From positions 3,743-67,742 of the forward strand of contig JAEYYH010000015.1 of NCBI GenBank assembly GCA_023430885.1: DNA of 64,000 bases. Direction: 5' to 3'. Under the pieces are notes generated by a model that did no database searches, was not told where the DNA came from, and saw only the letters and a list, made by a program, of their open reading frames with translations. The position numbers and the translations under genes were made by a program. This stretch comes from Bacillota bacterium. Lineage in GTDB: Bacteria; Bacillota_I; Bacilli_A; RF39; UBA660. Each line of letters starts with the position of its first letter. The stretch's first letter is position 1. Shown here one piece after another: positions 28,947 to 38,903 of this stretch.

Positions 28947-29780
28947 ATGGAAATATTAGACGGTAAAAAAGTTAGTCAAGAAAAAAGACAATATTATAAA
29001 GAAAAAATTAAGGATTTAGAAAGTAGACCTAGTCTAATAGTTCTAACAGTTAATCCTGGCGAAGCGAGTAGCATTTATATAAATCAAAAAGAAAAAGCTT
29101 GTGGGGAACTGGGAATTGATTTTAAGAAGCAAGTTTTTTTGGAAACTGTTTCCCAAGATGAAATAATAGATATTATTCATAAATTAAATTTAGATGATAG
29201 TATTGATGGTATCCTTTTACAACTACCTATACCTTCTCATTTAAATGCCCGTGATATTATAAATGAAATAGATCCTTCAAAGGATGTAGATGGATTAACT
29301 GATGCAAATGCTGGTGGGCTAATTCATAATCAAGATGTTTTAAAGCCATGTACAGCTCTTGGCGTTATAGATTTATTAGATGCCTATAACATAGATTTAG
29401 CTGGTAAAAATGTGTTATTAGTTGGGCGAAGTGATCTTGTAGGCAAACCTTTAATACCTTTGTTCTTAAATAGAGATTCAACAGTTACTATAGCACATAG
29501 TAAAAGTGATAATCTTAAAAAACTTGCTTTGCTTGCAGACATAATTGTAGTAGCAACGGGTAAACCCGGCTTGATTACTGATGATATGGTTAAACAAGGA
29601 GCGGTTGTAGTAGATGTTGGAATTAACAGAATAGATGGTAAAATCGTTGGTGATGTTGATTTTGATACAGTAAAAGACAAAACATCTTATATTACACCTG
29701 TACCAGGTGGTGTAGGACCGATGACTATTGTTTCACTTATTAGAAATGTATATTTTGCGCATTTAAATAGAAAAAAATAA
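28947..29780 (+). CDS. folD: Bifunctional methylenetetrahydrofolate dehydrogenase/cyclohydrolase.
   Basis: ILDGKK...SSIYINQKEKAC, VGRSDLVGKPL, PVPGGVGPMTIVSL. Confidence 0.9.
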   Translation: MEILDGKKVSQEKRQYYKEKIKDLESRPSLIVLTVNPGEASSIYINQKEKACGELGIDFKKQVFLETVSQDEIIDIIHKLNLDDSIDGILLQLPIPSHLNARDIINEIDPSKDVDGLTDANAGGLIHNQDVLKPCTALGVIDLLDAYNIDLAGKNVLLVGRSDLVGKPLIPLFLNRDSTVTIAHSKSDNLKKLALLADIIVVATGKPGLITDDMVKQGAVVVDVGINRIDGKIVGDVDFDTVKDKTSYITPVPGGVGPMTIVSLIRNVYFAHLNRKK

Positions 29781-29839
29781 GTAAATTAATAAAAGAGACA
29801 ATATGTCTCTTTTTTTGATATAATATATATGGTGATTGT

Positions 29840-30337
29840 ATGAACGTATATTTAAAAAAACTTAGTACTGATATAGGTGATTTAGAGTACATGATGTATC
29901 AAGAAATTCCCCAATCTGAAAATGGTGCAATTAATAATTTAAAAGGTGCAACTTTGATAGATTATTATATTTTAATAAAAAAACGTATTTCGGAAGAATT
30001 TGCAAAACTTGATGAGCGAAACACACCTCGAATTACTTATATAATGTATGTTAATGATTATCCAGTTGGGGAAATTATGGTAAGGCCAGTATTAAATGAT
30101 TATTGGGAGACTTTTTCAGGTAATATAGGTTATAAAATAAGACCATCAGAAAGAAATAAGGGTTATGGTAATATAATATTAAAATTAGCACTTGAAGAGT
30201 GTAAAAAGCTTCATATGCATGAAGTATATTTACAGTGTCTTAAGAATAATATTTATTCAAGTAATGTTATATTAAAAAACAATGGCAAATTAATTAATGA
30301 GGATATATATACACTTTATTATAAGATAGAATTATAA
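29840..30337 (+). CDS. GNAT family N-acetyltransferase.
   Basis: IRPSERNKGYGNIILKLALEECKKL is an acetyl-CoA-binding motif. Confidence 0.7.
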   Translation: MNVYLKKLSTDIGDLEYMMYQEIPQSENGAINNLKGATLIDYYILIKKRISEEFAKLDERNTPRITYIMYVNDYPVGEIMVRPVLNDYWETFSGNIGYKIRPSERNKGYGNIILKLALEECKKLHMHEVYLQCLKNNIYSSNVILKNNGKLINEDIYTLYYKIEL

Positions 30338-30388
30338 TAAACAAATTATCCAAATCCAAATTATAAATAACATAGAAAAGGTGATAGT

Positions 30389-31033
30389 ATGGCATCAGCA
30401 ATAATACATATTTGTGTTGCAAAAAAATTAAATGAAAAATTACAAAAAAGTGAAAAAAACTTTTATTTAGGTTCGATTGCTCCTGATTTAACCAAACAAG
30501 TAGGGTTACCTAAAACATTTTCTCATTTTTTAGAAGGAACTTTGAAAGAAGATGTTCCTAATATAGAAGCATTTATAAATCTATATAGAAAAGACTTACA
30601 TAAAGACTTCGAACTAGGTTATTTAGTACACTTATATACAGATAAGTTATGGTTCAATGGTTTTTTAGATAAATTAGTATTAAATAATAGTATCAAATTA
30701 ATTGATGGAACTATTATTAAGATTAAACCAGAAGAAGTAAAAGACATAATATATAATGATTATACTAGTCTAAATATTGATTTAATTGATTATTATGATT
30801 TAGATTTATCATTATTTTATGAAGAGTTTGATTATCCTAAGAGCACTATAAAAGAAATACCAATGGATAAAATAAATCTTATAGTAGAGAAAATGGGAAT
30901 TATTATAGAAAATTCTAAAAAAGAAAAAAATTATGTATTTGATATAAATTCAGTTGTTGACTTTATAACAAGTTCAACTGAAGAAATATATAGTTATTTA
31001 ATAGAAAATAATTTAGTTAGGAGTGACGTATGA
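30389..31033 (+). CDS. Hypothetical protein, possibly a zinc-dependent phospholipase-C-like fold.
   Basis: Spaced His/Asp residues (HICVAKK, SIAPDL, HFLE, VHLYTD). Weak. Confidence 0.3.
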   Translation: MASAIIHICVAKKLNEKLQKSEKNFYLGSIAPDLTKQVGLPKTFSHFLEGTLKEDVPNIEAFINLYRKDLHKDFELGYLVHLYTDKLWFNGFLDKLVLNNSIKLIDGTIIKIKPEEVKDIIYNDYTSLNIDLIDYYDLDLSLFYEEFDYPKSTIKEIPMDKINLIVEKMGIIIENSKKEKNYVFDINSVVDFITSSTEEIYSYLIENNLVRSDV

Positions 31034-31755
31034 AAAAAAGTCCTATAATAGGTATAGTTAGTAGATTTGATATAGATAAAATGCTTATGAATATGACAAA
31101 AATAACTGAAATAGGCGAATCGTATTTTAAAGTAATAAATAAATATGGTGGAATACCAATTGGCATACTGCCTGTCCAAGATATCTTTTTTACTGATTTA
31201 ACGCAAAAAAACGTGCCAAAACTTACTTCTTTTGAAAAGGATAAATTAATAGAAGTAATAAAATTATGTGATGGTATATTACTTCCAGGTGGCAGTAGAT
31301 GGTATGAATATGAAGAATTTATATGTGAATATGCGCATGAGCATGATATTCCAGTATTAGGCATTTGCCAAGGTATGCAGATAATGGGCTATTTAGATAG
31401 AAAAGTAAATGAAGATGAGGATGAAGAAAAAAAAGCATATAGAAATGATACTAAACTAGATCATCATGCTTTAGGAGTAAAATATGTCCATAAAGTATCT
31501 ATCGAACCAGGAACTAAGTTATTTGAGATACTAGGAACAACCGAATTATCAGTTAATAGTAGACATAATTATAATATTGGAATAGCCAAAAATTTAAAAA
31601 TGACCGCTATAAGCGAGGATGGAATTATTGAGGCTGTAGAAGACCCTAATTCTAGATTTTATTTAGGTGTTCAGTGGCATCCTGAACTTATGGATGAATA
31701 CGATGTAAAACAAGGAAATATTATAAAAGAATTCATAAATTCCTGCAAATATTAA
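31030..31755 (+). CDS. Class I glutamine amidotransferase-like hydrolase (C26, gamma-glutamyl-GABA hydrolase family).
   Basis: GICQGMQI (catalytic Cys), QWHPE. Confidence 0.75.
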   Translation: MKKSPIIGIVSRFDIDKMLMNMTKITEIGESYFKVINKYGGIPIGILPVQDIFFTDLTQKNVPKLTSFEKDKLIEVIKLCDGILLPGGSRWYEYEEFICEYAHEHDIPVLGICQGMQIMGYLDRKVNEDEDEEKKAYRNDTKLDHHALGVKYVHKVSIEPGTKLFEILGTTELSVNSRHNYNIGIAKNLKMTAISEDGIIEAVEDPNSRFYLGVQWHPELMDEYDVKQGNIIKEFINSCKY

Positions 31756-31884
31756 ATGTGTAGATTTCGTGAATATAACTTTGACATTGCATTATAGTAA
31801 TGATATAATTTATTTATAGCAATATGTATTAAAAAATATTATTTTATTGTTATTGTATCTATTTAACACAAATGTTTTTTCAGT

Positions 31885-31912
31885 TTGACAAAGTTGATTT
31901 TTGTGCTATAAT
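31885..31912 (+). promoter_or_regulatory. Sigma-A-type promoter for the Cys-repeat protein gene.
   Basis: TTGACA (31885-31890), 16-nt spacer, then TGcTATAAT extended -10 (31904-31912). A second TTGACA-17-TATAAT lies at 31781-31809. Confidence 0.55.
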
Positions 31913-31939
31913 AATGGCACTTAAAGGGGGAGAGTTTAT

Positions 31940-33778
31940 ATGTATAATGAAAAAAATGATGGGTTTTCTGTAAGAGACATTTTTATCCAACTATTATTCA
32001 TAATTTTATTTGTGTTTATTTTAGTTTGGTTATTTCCAACTAAAGCTAGTGTAAATAATCAATTTGCTGATTTAAACAATAGATTAGATGCTCTAACTAG
32101 TGGGATATTTAATGATAACTTACAAACAATGAAAGATGCTGCAGTAAGTTACTATACTACTGAAAGATTACCAGCAAATATTAATGATGTTAAATCAATG
32201 ACATTAAAAGAAATGTTAGCTGAAAAATTATTAGTGGAATTTACTGATGCAAATGGTAATTCATGTAGTTTAACAGATTCATATGTAGAAGTAGTTAAAC
32301 TTGAAGATGAATATCAAATGAAAATTAATTTATCATGTACTGATAATGATGCTTATATAATCGTTCATTTAGGTTGCTACGATTATTGTGATGCTTCAGG
32401 TGTATGTGAAAAAGAAGAAACAACAACAATAACAACAAATAATCCAACAACTCCAATTATACCAACAACAAAAACTTGTACTTATGAGTATAAGTTAGTA
32501 ACTAATGGTCAATGGGGTAATTATGGTTCATGGACTGGCTGGTCTAAAGATAAGGTTACTACAACCGACTATAGACAGGTAGAAATGAAGAAAGAGCAAG
32601 TTATTACTGGTACAAAGCAAGTTCAAACTGGTACTAAAGTAGAAACAATAAATGCATATTCAAGCACAACTACTTACTGTCCAAGTGGATATTCAAAAAA
32701 TAGTGCTGGTACTAAATGTGTTAGAACATCTTCAGCATACTACAAGGCTAAATGTCCAGATGGATATACATTAAGTAATGGTGTATGTTATGGTACTAAC
32801 GTTTCAACAGTAAGTGTTGATCCAGTATGTCCAAGTGGATACACAAGAAGTGGTACTACATGTTATAAGACTGGTACTAGCCAAGTAACAATGACACCAA
32901 GTTGTCCAAGTGGATACTCATTAAGTGGAAATTACTGTTATAAAACAGGTTCTTCTACTGTAACAATGACACCAAGTTGTCCAAGTGGATATAAATTAAG
33001 TGGCAACAATTGTTATAAAACTGTTACTTCAGGAGGAACAACTACTTATACTAGAGGTGCTTATGTAACAACAAAAACAGGTACTTCAGTTCCTTCAAAT
33101 AGTAGTTCTTACTATTATGAAACTGTATCATCTGATTACGTATATGATTGTTCAAGTACATGTGCTATGAGAACTGTTTATACATATAAAGTATATAAAG
33201 CTGTTGCTACTACTAGTGGTGGTGGAACAACAACATTAACAACTTCTGCATCATGTGCTACAAATTATTCATTAAGTAATGGTGTATGTTATAAGACTGT
33301 TGATGCAAGTGATAAAACAGCTGCATCATGTGCTACTAACTATGTATTAAGTAATGGTGTATGTTACAAAACTACAACAACAACTGATACTAAGAGCGCT
33401 ACATGTCCAACAGGATATTCATTAAGCGGTCAAAGATGTTATAAATCAAATTCATCAACTGTTACATTAACACCAAGTTGTCCAACAGGATATACATTAA
33501 GTGGTGAAAGATGTTATGGTACTGTATCTAGTACAACTAGTTTATTAACATCAACTTCATATTCATGTCCAAGTGGTTATACATTAAGTGGTTCTACTTG
33601 TTCAAAAACTGTTCCAGTTTTTGGAGTAGAAAATGTTTATGAAACTGTTACATACTATAGATACAAAGAAAGAGAATATATTTCAGGTACTGTAAAAACT
33701 GTATGGAGTAAATCTGACAACGATACTACTTTAATTAATCAAGGTTATTCTTTAACTGGAAATAAGAAATGTAGTTAA
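31940..33778 (+). CDS. Membrane-anchored cysteine-repeat protein (tandem CxxGYxLSGxxCY repeats), hypothetical surface protein.
   Basis: N-terminal TM anchor, a Thr-rich linker, then at least 8 copies of S/T-C-P/A-S/T-G/N-Y-x-L-S-G/N-x-x-C-Y-K-T. Two copies are near-identical at the DNA level (32888-32962 vs 32963-33037). Confidence 0.7.
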   Translation: MYNEKNDGFSVRDIFIQLLFIILFVFILVWLFPTKASVNNQFADLNNRLDALTSGIFNDNLQTMKDAAVSYYTTERLPANINDVKSMTLKEMLAEKLLVEFTDANGNSCSLTDSYVEVVKLEDEYQMKINLSCTDNDAYIIVHLGCYDYCDASGVCEKEETTTITTNNPTTPIIPTTKTCTYEYKLVTNGQWGNYGSWTGWSKDKVTTTDYRQVEMKKEQVITGTKQVQTGTKVETINAYSSTTTYCPSGYSKNSAGTKCVRTSSAYYKAKCPDGYTLSNGVCYGTNVSTVSVDPVCPSGYTRSGTTCYKTGTSQVTMTPSCPSGYSLSGNYCYKTGSSTVTMTPSCPSGYKLSGNNCYKTVTSGGTTTYTRGAYVTTKTGTSVPSNSSSYYYETVSSDYVYDCSSTCAMRTVYTYKVYKAVATTSGGGTTTLTTSASCATNYSLSNGVCYKTVDASDKTAASCATNYVLSNGVCYKTTTTTDTKSATCPTGYSLSGQRCYKSNSSTVTLTPSCPTGYTLSGERCYGTVSSTTSLLTSTSYSCPSGYTLSGSTCSKTVPVFGVENVYETVTYYRYKEREYISGTVKTVWSKSDNDTTLINQGYSLTGNKKCS

Positions 33779-33882
33779 TAGAAAAGTATAGTTGCGTACC
33801 TTGGGTTCGCAACTATATTGCTTATATAAATAAAGAATATATTTATTTGTTAATTTTTATAATTATCAAAGGAGGAATTTAA

Positions 33883-35187
33883 ATGAGTATTAAAAGATTT
33901 TGGGATTGTAAGATAGATGAGCCAAATCAAGATTTAGTCTATAGATATATTGATGAAAATGATCAAGTTCAAACAGGTAGAGAACCTTTAAAGGTTTTAG
34001 GTCAAAAAAATCCACGATTAGATGCTATTGTAGAAGGTGTTAAACAAACAGTGGCAGAAATAGCTGAAATGAAAAAAGCTAAAGCTGGAGAAAACCAAGT
34101 AGTGGAAGAAGAAAATTTTGTTAAAAAATATGAACCTATTGTTATTCCAGATGATGCTGAAGCAGAAACTGATTTAGAAGAAGATAAAAAATTAGAAGGC
34201 GAAGAAATCGCTGATGAACAAGATAAACAAGAAGCTACTTACGAAGAAGTAGAACCTTCTAAAAAGAAAAAATGGTTAAAAAGAGCTGGTTATACGGCTT
34301 TAGTTGCTATTGTAGTTATTGCAATTGCTGCAGGTGTTAGATCTTGTAGTAAAAATGATAAAGTAGAAACTCCAGTAGCACCAACAACATCTACAGAAAC
34401 AACAATTGATGATTTAAAAGCAGATTCTAGATATACAAAAATAACTGAATCAATGCTAGTAGGTACTACAGAAGATTTTATCAAAGAACTTGCAGATCAT
34501 GGCATTACAGTTACAGCATCAGATGCTTTAACTTATGTAACAATGGCAAATATTACACATATTCAGGAAACAAATCCAGAATTACTTGCAACAGTATTAG
34601 ATGGTATGGATTCAGTTGAAACTATAAGTAAAACTGGACATATTATTGGACAAATTGTTACTAATGAAATTACAACAAAAGATGATACTGTTGATTGGAC
34701 AATTGCTTTCATGGATGAAACTGATAGAAAAATAGCTGCTCATGGTGCAACATACATAGTTGAAGGCGCTAAAAAGATAGCTGCTGATGAAACATTAAAA
34801 GAAGAAGAAAAAATTGCACAAATTCAAGCTTTAGTCGAAAATAAATTTGTAGCCCCTAATTTTGATAAAACAGTAGGTTATGAATTTAATGATGGAAGCA
34901 AAATTACCCTTTCTCAAGAAGAAGGCGCTGACTTCATTTCTGATGCAATTATTACAAGTATTCTTATGGGTGATAATACTCTTAAGAACTATATAAATGC
35001 AGAAAATACATACAAAGATAATAAAGATACAACATGGGTTACAACCACATCATATGGTGAAGTATCAGCAGATTTAAAAGCAATTTCAGAAAATACTGAT
35101 AATGTTTCAAATTTGATGAGAATTATTGAAGGATGTCAAACATTAGATTCTAATGAAGCATCTATTTCAGAAAGCAAATCTAAATAA
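33883..35187 (+). CDS. Acidic bitopic membrane protein, hypothetical (about 130 aa N-terminal, one TM helix, about 270 aa C-terminal domain).
   Basis: SD aaaggagg. TM ALVAIVVIAIAAGV. Confidence 0.5.
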   Translation: MSIKRFWDCKIDEPNQDLVYRYIDENDQVQTGREPLKVLGQKNPRLDAIVEGVKQTVAEIAEMKKAKAGENQVVEEENFVKKYEPIVIPDDAEAETDLEEDKKLEGEEIADEQDKQEATYEEVEPSKKKKWLKRAGYTALVAIVVIAIAAGVRSCSKNDKVETPVAPTTSTETTIDDLKADSRYTKITESMLVGTTEDFIKELADHGITVTASDALTYVTMANITHIQETNPELLATVLDGMDSVETISKTGHIIGQIVTNEITTKDDTVDWTIAFMDETDRKIAAHGATYIVEGAKKIAADETLKEEEKIAQIQALVENKFVAPNFDKTVGYEFNDGSKITLSQEEGADFISDAIITSILMGDNTLKNYINAENTYKDNKDTTWVTTTSYGEVSADLKAISENTDNVSNLMRIIEGCQTLDSNEASISESKSK

Positions 35188-35309
35188 ATATAAATTAAAA
35201 TCCTTTTATGGTAAAATATATCCATAGAAGGATTTTTTATATTATAATGATATAAGTCTTGACTCTCCCCTTAGGGGAAATAGTATAGTTAATTTAGGAG
35301 GTGATTTTC

Positions 35310-36107
35310 ATGTATAGAATTGGTGAATTTTCAGTTCTTTCAAAGACAACAATTAAAACTTTAAGATATTATGAAAAAGAAAAATTGTTAATACCGTCTT
35401 ATGTTGATAATAATAACGGTTATAGATTTTATGAAACTACGCAGTTGCTAGAACTAAGTAAAATTATTTCACTTAGACAAATAGGTATGACAATTGATAA
35501 TATTAAAGAAGTTTTAAATGGGGGAGATATAAAAAAAATATTAACTTTAAAAAAAGAAGAATTAGAATCAGAAATATCAATTTTTGAAGATCAACTCTCT
35601 AGAATTAATTATTTATTGGAGGGAAAAGAAATGAAATACGAAATAGTTATAAAAGACTTGCCAGATTATGTAATTTACTATAAGGAAGGAATAATAAAAA
35701 AGTATGAAGATATAACGAATTTTATTTTATCTTCTGCAGATGAATGCCGTATACTAAATCCAAATATAAAATGTATTTCACCAGATTATTGTTATGTTAA
35801 TTATCTTGATGGGGAATATAAAGAAAGTGATATTCATATCATATATGCTGAGGCTGTAACATCACCAGGGAAAGATGGTAATGGTATTAAATTTAAGAAA
35901 TTAGAGCCAGTAAAGGCAGTATGTATATATCATAAAGGAGATTATAGTAAACTAGGCGCAGCATATGCATTTGGAGTAAAATGGGTGCAAGAAAACAATT
36001 ATGAAATAGTAGATAATATTAGGGAAAGATATATTGATGGTATGTGGAATAAAGATAATATTGAAGATTGGTTAACTGAAATTCAAATACCAGTCAGAAA
36101 AAAATAA
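35310..36107 (+). CDS. MerR-family transcriptional regulator with a GyrI-like effector-binding domain (BmrR-like).
   Basis: MYRIGEFSVLSKTTIKTLRYYEKEKLL (MerR HTH). SD aggagg precedes the ATG at 35310. Confidence 0.8.
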   Translation: MYRIGEFSVLSKTTIKTLRYYEKEKLLIPSYVDNNNGYRFYETTQLLELSKIISLRQIGMTIDNIKEVLNGGDIKKILTLKKEELESEISIFEDQLSRINYLLEGKEMKYEIVIKDLPDYVIYYKEGIIKKYEDITNFILSSADECRILNPNIKCISPDYCYVNYLDGEYKESDIHIIYAEAVTSPGKDGNGIKFKKLEPVKAVCIYHKGDYSKLGAAYAFGVKWVQENNYEIVDNIRERYIDGMWNKDNIEDWLTEIQIPVRKK

Positions 36108-36135
36108 AAAGTAGATTACTCTACTTTTTTATTTT
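36107..36135. terminator. Bidirectional terminator between the merR-like gene and glmS.
   Basis: A-run, aagtagattactctactt hairpin, then T-run. Confidence 0.6.
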
Positions 36136-37946
36136 TATTCAACGGTAACTGATTTAGCAAGATTTTTTGGTTTGTCTATATCACATTTACGATATTTTGC
36201 AATTTCGTAAGAAATTAACTGTAATGGAACTACTGTTAATACAGCTTGAATTAATTTATTTGTTCTTGGAATAATAACCTTTTGATCATAAAAATTATCG
36301 TTAACATCTAAATCTTCAGTAATTATTAAAGTAACATTAGCACCACGTGCTTTGCATTCTTTAATGTTGCTAATTGTTTTTTCAGCTATTTTTGCCTCTG
36401 TTACAATAGCAATAACTGGTGTACCTTTATCTATTAAAGATATAGTACCATGCTTTAGTTCTCCAGCAGGATAACACTGAGAGTTGATATAAGATATCTC
36501 TTTAAGTTTTAACGATCCTTCCATAGCTAGAGCGTAATCAACATTTCTTCCTATAAAGAATACATCATTATGTTTATATAATTTCTTAGCAATATTTTTA
36601 TAATCTTCATGTTCATTTAATACAGATTGAATATTTGTTGGCAATTTTCTAATACAAGATATAGCTTCATTTGCTTCCTTATCACTCATTGAACCATTAT
36701 TAACAGCCATATTTATAGCAATTAAGGATAGCATAGTAACTTGAGCACTGTAAGCCTTTGTAGTGGCAACAGCTATCTCAGTACCAGCTTTTGTATATAA
36801 GACCATATCGGCATTCCTAGAAATTGTACTTCCAACTACGTTGATAATACCAAGGGTATCAGCACCAGCTTCTTTAGCAACTTTTAACGCAGCTAAAGTA
36901 TCTGCTGTCTCTCCTGATTGAGAAACTACAATTACTAAAACTTTGTTATTTAAAAATAATCTTTTATAACGATATTCACTTGCTACTTCAATATTAGTTG
37001 GAATATTTGCAAATTCTTCAATTATACTTTTCCCAACCATACCAGCATGCATTGCACTACCACAAGCGACAATATCTATTCGCTCATATTTACTGAAATT
37101 TGGCATGTTTTCTTTTAAACTCTGTACACCATTTTCTATATAAGGTAGGGCAGTAGCTTTAATTATTTCAGGTTCTTCAAATATTTCTTTAAGCATGTAA
37201 TGTTCATAACCGTTTTTATCAATTACATTACTACTTCCTTCAAAAATTTTAATATCTTTTTTAATAATATCAGCATTTCTATCGTATACAACAACTCTAT
37301 CATTACTCATTTTGGCAAATTCACCATCATCAAGAATAATATATTTATTTGTATATTTTAATATTGCAGGAACATCACTAGCAATATAATTTTCTTTATC
37401 ACCAATTGCAATAATTAGTGGACTATCTTTTTTAACCGCATATAAATGATGAAGATGATCATCACAAATAATTCCTAAAGCATATGCTCCAATTGCTCTT
37501 TCTTTAAAAATAGCAATAGTTTGTTCCATACTACCTGTTTCTTTATAAATATGATCAAGTAGGGCACACGCTACTTCTGTATCAGTAGAAGATTTAAAAG
37601 TATAACCTTCTTCAGTTAAATCCTTTTTTATATCCATATAATTTTCAATAATTCCATTATGAACTATTGAAATTTTGCCTACTTTATGAGGATGACTATT
37701 AATATAGTTAGGTTCCCCATGAGTAGCCCATCTAGTATGTCCTATACCTAAATTTGACTCTGTTTTTATATTTAATTTGTTCTTTAAGTTCGCAATTTTG
37801 CCTTTTTCTTTTTCTATTTCAAGTTTATCATTTTTAACAAAGGCAATTCCTGCTGAATCATAACCTCTATATTCTAGTCTTTCAAGACCGTCTATAATAA
37901 CTTGTAGGCATCTTTTATCGCCTACATAACCAATAATACCACACAT
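36135..37946 (-). CDS. glmS: Glutamine--fructose-6-phosphate aminotransferase.
   Basis: MCGIIGYVG N-terminal nucleophile, two SIS domains, 603 aa. Confidence 0.95.
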   Translation of the reverse strand: MCGIIGYVGDKRCLQVIIDGLERLEYRGYDSAGIAFVKNDKLEIEKEKGKIANLKNKLNIKTESNLGIGHTRWATHGEPNYINSHPHKVGKISIVHNGIIENYMDIKKDLTEEGYTFKSSTDTEVACALLDHIYKETGSMEQTIAIFKERAIGAYALGIICDDHLHHLYAVKKDSPLIIAIGDKENYIASDVPAILKYTNKYIILDDGEFAKMSNDRVVVYDRNADIIKKDIKIFEGSSNVIDKNGYEHYMLKEIFEEPEIIKATALPYIENGVQSLKENMPNFSKYERIDIVACGSAMHAGMVGKSIIEEFANIPTNIEVASEYRYKRLFLNNKVLVIVVSQSGETADTLAALKVAKEAGADTLGIINVVGSTISRNADMVLYTKAGTEIAVATTKAYSAQVTMLSLIAINMAVNNGSMSDKEANEAISCIRKLPTNIQSVLNEHEDYKNIAKKLYKHNDVFFIGRNVDYALAMEGSLKLKEISYINSQCYPAGELKHGTISLIDKGTPVIAIVTEAKIAEKTISNIKECKARGANVTLIITEDLDVNDNFYDQKVIIPRTNKLIQAVLTVVPLQLISYEIAKYRKCDIDKPKNLAKSVTVE

Positions 37947-37959
37947 TTTTACTTCCTCC

Positions 37960-38135
37960 TGTGCATTTTTTGCATAATAAAAATATATGTGTGATATATT
38001 TTTTGTCGTAATATTGATTTTACTATTTGTAATATATCTTTCGAATACACTTCCGTAGTAGCATCCGCTGATTACCTTATAATATAAGTTCGATAACTAC
38101 TATCCTCGTCAGCCCTTAGGCCCATGCGCTAATTA
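37960..38135 (-). ncRNA. glmS ribozyme: glmS ribozyme (GlcN6P-responsive self-cleaving riboswitch) in the glmS leader.
   Basis: The minus-strand RNA reads ...uuA|GCGCAUGGGCCUAAGGGCU GACGAGGAUAGUAGUUAUCGAACUUAUAUUAUAAGGUAAUCAGCGGAUGCUACUACGG.... This matches the conserved P2/P2.1 core GACGAGGAUGGAGGUUAUCGAA...GGCGGAUGCCUCC with compensatory changes (GUAGUAG/CUACUAC). Confidence 0.7.
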
Positions 38136-38174
38136 AAATGTTTCAGTTCTATCCTCCTATGAACATAATAACTT

Positions 38175-38215
38175 TACTACATTATATTCGAAAAGTTCTA
38201 TTTTTGTCAACTAAA
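38175..38215 (-). promoter_or_regulatory. Sigma-A promoter of glmS.
   Basis: On the minus strand, TTGACA (38205-38210), 18-nt spacer, TATAAT (38181-38186). Confidence 0.6.
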
Positions 38216-38327
38216 CGCGCCAAATATTTTTTTGCTAGACATAATAAATAATTAAATATAACACAGAAAAAAGTGGCTTATATTAAGTTTTTAAATGCCA
38301 ATTGAAATATTATAAACAAAATTTTAT

Positions 38328-38705
38328 TTACTCATTATTTAATATTTTGTCTATCTCTTTTTGCATTTTTTCTAGTGTTTTTTTTATTAAATCAATATCA
38401 TTTTGTGTGAAATCATTTCCATTGTCTTCCGTATTATTTTCACTATTATATAGTGGTGGATTATGCATATATGGGTCACCTTGTTGCTTGTAATTCTTTC
38501 CATTCACATTTATCGTATTACCAGTTATTCTTTCTTCTATTACTTGCTGCTGTGTTGCATTTGCCTCTAATACTTGTCCTACCAGCATTAACCAGTTTCC
38601 TACAGAATTTTGTTCATTTGCTGTTAAATCATCAATAAGGGCAAAACCTATTATAACTGCGGATAGTGTAAATGATTTAGGGTCAATACTTGGCGGAAAT
38701 CTCAT
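38328..38705 (-). CDS. Hypothetical protein (125 aa; N-terminal hydrophobic segment SAVIIGFALIDDLTANEQNSVGNWLMLVGQVL).
   Basis: SD gaggtga upstream. No confident family assignment. Confidence 0.45.
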   Translation of the reverse strand: MRFPPSIDPKSFTLSAVIIGFALIDDLTANEQNSVGNWLMLVGQVLEANATQQQVIEERITGNTINVNGKNYKQQGDPYMHNPPLYNSENNTEDNGNDFTQNDIDLIKKTLEKMQKEIDKILNNE

Positions 38706-38837
38706 AATTTCACCTCACTAAAGTATATGTATTTATTAAATATATGCGTTTAATATAAATGCTTTTTACAGTATAATTATTTATTATATTGAACTGTTTA
38801 GTAGTATTATTATAAATAATTATGTTGCAATGGTTTT

Positions 38838-38861
38838 ATATCTTACAAATAAGTAAGATAT
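38838..38861. promoter_or_regulatory. Inverted repeat atatCTTACAAataagTAAGatat upstream of the response-regulator gene. Candidate RR-binding site.
   Basis: Perfect 9-bp arms. The same TTGTAAG half-site occurs upstream of the bceA-like gene (40854-40860). Confidence 0.35.
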
Positions 38862-38903
38862 AAAGGTTTATTTTATAGTATAATATATGAAGAGGTGAGT
38901 TCT

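Noticed and set aside
30994-31364. Minus-strand ORFs (61 and 115 aa) overlapping the start of the GATase gene.
   Set aside because: They are antisense to a well-supported CDS, low complexity and lack an RBS.
33779-33882. Hairpin agttgcg...cgcaact after the Cys-repeat gene as a terminator.
   Set aside because: It has only a 7-bp stem with no U-tract. It may be a weak terminator or just a stabilising stem, so I did not list it as a feature.
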